Shown: positions 61,650 through 64,000 of the stretch, piece by piece
Numbering within the stretch: position 1 is the stretch's first letter
Layout: each line of letters starts with the position of its first letter
NCBI GenBank assembly: GCA_013239625.1
Contig: MU054323.1
Location: forward strand, 11,677,815-11,741,814
Length of the DNA: 64,000 nt
Origin: Lama guanicoe
Lineage: Eukaryota
Direction of reading: 5' to 3'
Made by a program: the position numbers and the translations under genes
Notes under the pieces: generated by a model
Databases searched by the model: none
Told to the model about the DNA's origin: nothing
The model's input: the letters and a program-made list of their open reading frames with translations, nothing else

Positions 61650-62576
61650 CATGCTCTTGTCTCCTGGCCTCCAGAAGCCCTTTCTCTAGGGCTTTTTCTC
61701 AACCTTTTCCTCCTCTGGCCTCTTCCCCATCTCCTTTGCTGGCTTGTCCTCCTCTCTGGTTTCTAAACATTGGAACTCCCTGTGAATTTAATCCTGGTCC
61801 CTCTTTTGTTGTCATTAGATGCTCATCACAGGTGACTTCTGTTCCCGCATCTTTAAAACCTTCTACAGGTGGGTAACTCCCCATGTATCTTTCCAGCCCA
61901 GATCTCTTTTCTCAGCTCAAAAAAATCTAGACTCAACAAATGTCAATTCTGCGATGCCTACTTGGGTGTCTCACAAGCCTTCCACCCTGAGTAGGTCCCA
62001 AATGGAATTCCTGATCATCCCATCACAACCAGCACCTCCTCCAGTCTGTCCTCCAGGAGGAAAGAGCACCACCCTCTGTGCAGCTGCTCAACTGGGGATC
62101 TGCGAGTCACCCTTCACACTCCTTCTCTCTCACCCTCGTCTTCACTTGGATCACCTGTACCACTCCCCCAGCCCCCAACACAGCTTACCCATCACCACAT
62201 CCCACTGACTCTACCTCCAAAATATGTCTCCATCCATCCCCCACCATCCCCATTCCTACAACCACACCCCACCACCACTGACTCCTCTCTGGAATACTGA
62301 CTGCAATAGGCCCCAACTCCGTATTTCTACTTTTGGCCCCAACAACCCATTTCCAGGAATCACCTTCTTAATGACATCTGATCCTCTCTCACTTTGGCTT
62401 AAAAACCCCTCAGTGGCTCCCCTCTGCACTCAGAACACCACCCCTACTCTGTCCAGGCCCTGCCTCATCTGGCTCTGCAAATCCTCCAGCCTCATCCCAC
62501 CCTCCGTTCCCCTCTTTGTTTATTTGGCTCCAGTCACACTGGCCTGTCTTCAGCTCGTAAAACAAGTTGAGCTCTT
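61650..62576 (+). mobile_element. L2 LINE, 5' part (interrupted by MLT1A)
   Basis: ctaaacattggaactccc, ccagcccagatctctt, cttgggtgtctcacaag, ctctacctccaaaatatgtc, ctgactgcaatagg, cagtggctcccc and ctccagtcacactggcct are L2 landmarks. Confidence 0.8.
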
Positions 62577-63024
62577 TGCCATCTGAGTTTTGCCGCCCCA
62601 CCCCCAAATTCATCTGTTGAAGTCTCCAATACCTCATAATGTAACTGTGTTTGGAGACAGGGCCTTTAGAGAGGTAATTAAGGTTCAGAGAGGTTATATG
62701 GGTGGGCCCTGACTCATGTGACTGCACGTGGGCCTTCAAAGAGGTGATCGAGTTAAACTGAAGCCATCAGAGGGGAGTCCTAATCCTGTATGACCGGTGT
62801 CCTTATAAAAACAGGGGGAGACACTTTCAGAGAAAAGGCCACGCGAGGACACAATGAGAAGACAGTTGTCTCCAAACCAAGCAGAGAGGCCTCGGGAAAA
62901 ACCAGCCCCGTCAACACCTTGATCTGAGGCTGTAGGCCTCCAGAACTTTGAGAAAATAAACTTCTACAATTTAAGCCACCCAGTCTGTGGTATTTTGTAA
63001 TGACCATCCTAGCCAACAAACATA
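62577..63024 (+). mobile_element. Solo MaLR LTR (MLT1A-like) inserted into L2
   Basis: ccccaaattcatctgttgaagtc, tttggagacagggcctttagagaggtaattaagg, gcctccagaactttgagaaaataaac and ttaagccacccagtctgtggtattttgt blocks. Confidence 0.85.
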
Positions 63025-63385
63025 CCGTCGCAGGTCTCCACACCTGCTGTGCACGCTGCCTGGACCATTCTTCATCCCATCATTCCTGTTCACCCATTAG
63101 CTCTCAGACTAAGGGTCTGTCTTTGAAGAGGCCTTCCATGAACCTTGACGCTGAATAAAGCCCCTCCTGTACTCTCCTAGAACCCTGGACATATCTTTGA
63201 CAGAATGTGGAAGTCACAGCCTGTACCAGGTACCGTTGTCTAATGATGTATTTCATGCCTGCTTCTCCGACTTGGCCATAACCCTCCTGAGAGCAGAACC
63301 TGTCTGTTTTGCCCATCATCGCTGGCATATTGCATGGCACACAGTAGATTCTTCAATATGTGTCAAATAAATGACTCAATGGATG
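63025..63385 (+). mobile_element. L2 LINE, 3' continuation
   Basis: cacctgctgtgcacgctgcctgga...gaggccttcc...ctcctgagagcagaacctgtctgttttgcccatc...tggcacacagtagattcttcaatatgtgtcaaataaatga. Confidence 0.75.
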
Positions 63386-63699
63386 TTAATTATCTCATTT
63401 AATCCTCTTAACATTCCCAAGATTCGGATATTATTCCCACATTATACACAAGCAGAGCTAGGGGAGGAGATGCAAACGTGCCTGAGGGCAGCCGTCAAGG
63501 AAGCAGCCGGACTGACAGTTGAACCAGGACCATCTGCCTACAAAGAACCTGCAGAGGAGGGAAGACCAGCCAAGGCCAGGCTGCCACTTCAGGGAGGGGG
63601 CAAGTCCTGGCTTGAGCCTGGAGGGATGGATCCGACTGAGACAGGAGGGCTGGGTAGAGTGGAGGCCCTCAAAGAGCTGACAGTGCCATCTCTCTCCTC

Positions 63700-63870
63700 C
63701 AGTGACTGTCTCTGTGACCTTGGGCAAGTGATGAGCCTCCCCTTCTCAGCTGACTGCCCCTTGGCTGCCTATGCTGTAAAATCATGATGCTGTTTCGTGA
63801 ACGAATAGACTAAATAAAGCACTGAGCACTGGGCCGTGCACACACTAAGCACTCAATAAATAGCAGCTAC
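63700..63870 (+). mobile_element. MIR SINE
   Basis: ctgtgaccttgggcaagtga...taaagcactgagcactgggccgtgcacacactaagcactcaataaatagcagcta. Confidence 0.75.
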
Positions 63871-64000
63871 CACTTCATCTGTTAGTAAAGTGAAGACGAC
63901 ATGGTGTGCCCATGGGGCAGGGAGTGATCTCAGCAGAGGGGCAGTGAGGATTCCTGGAAGGAGCCAGGAGATCTGGCTTTTAGACCTCCCTCTGTCATTA

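Noticed and set aside
1-64000. CRISPR arrays, operons, prokaryotic defence systems, rRNA, snoRNA or miRNA genes
   Set aside because: This is mammalian intron-exon DNA. I saw no regularly spaced repeat-spacer arrays, no long coding ORFs and no recognisable structural RNA genes. An Rfam/miRBase search was not possible.

Overview
Mammalian genomic DNA, most likely camelid (alpaca/llama/camel). The taxon call rests on a camelid-type tRNA-derived SINE and a cetartiodactyl-type L1 3' end, and I saw no Alu, Bov-A/BovB, PRE or SINEC. The window lies inside GALNT14 (polypeptide N-acetylgalactosaminyltransferase 14) on the minus strand. Eight coding exons (equivalent to human exons 2-9; 170, 99, 68, 66, 122, 88, 85 and 104 nt, 802 nt total) splice via canonical GT-AG sites into one open frame covering the stem region and much of the GT-A catalytic domain (DSH and WGGEN motifs). 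Exon 1 and exons 10 onward are outside the window. The rest is intron, containing old MIR, L2, MaLR (MLT1), MER21/MER77-group, MER5A, MER33 and L1 relics, one younger SINE with a perfect TSD, and a 180-nt N gap. The most unusual structure is a direct-orientation duplication-triplication-duplication in intron 2 (33385-38076, X-A | X'-A'-B' | A-B). About 1.74 kb of the copies look identical by eye. All ~11 differences between copies map to a ~425-bp tract of the middle copy next to one junction, and several of them perfect local hairpins. This looks like a replication template-switch (MMBIR/FoSTeS) event, but an assembly artefact is not excluded. I found no support for a novel protein-coding or prokaryote-type system. 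Repeat family names and human comparisons are from memory and need RepeatMasker/BLAST confirmation.
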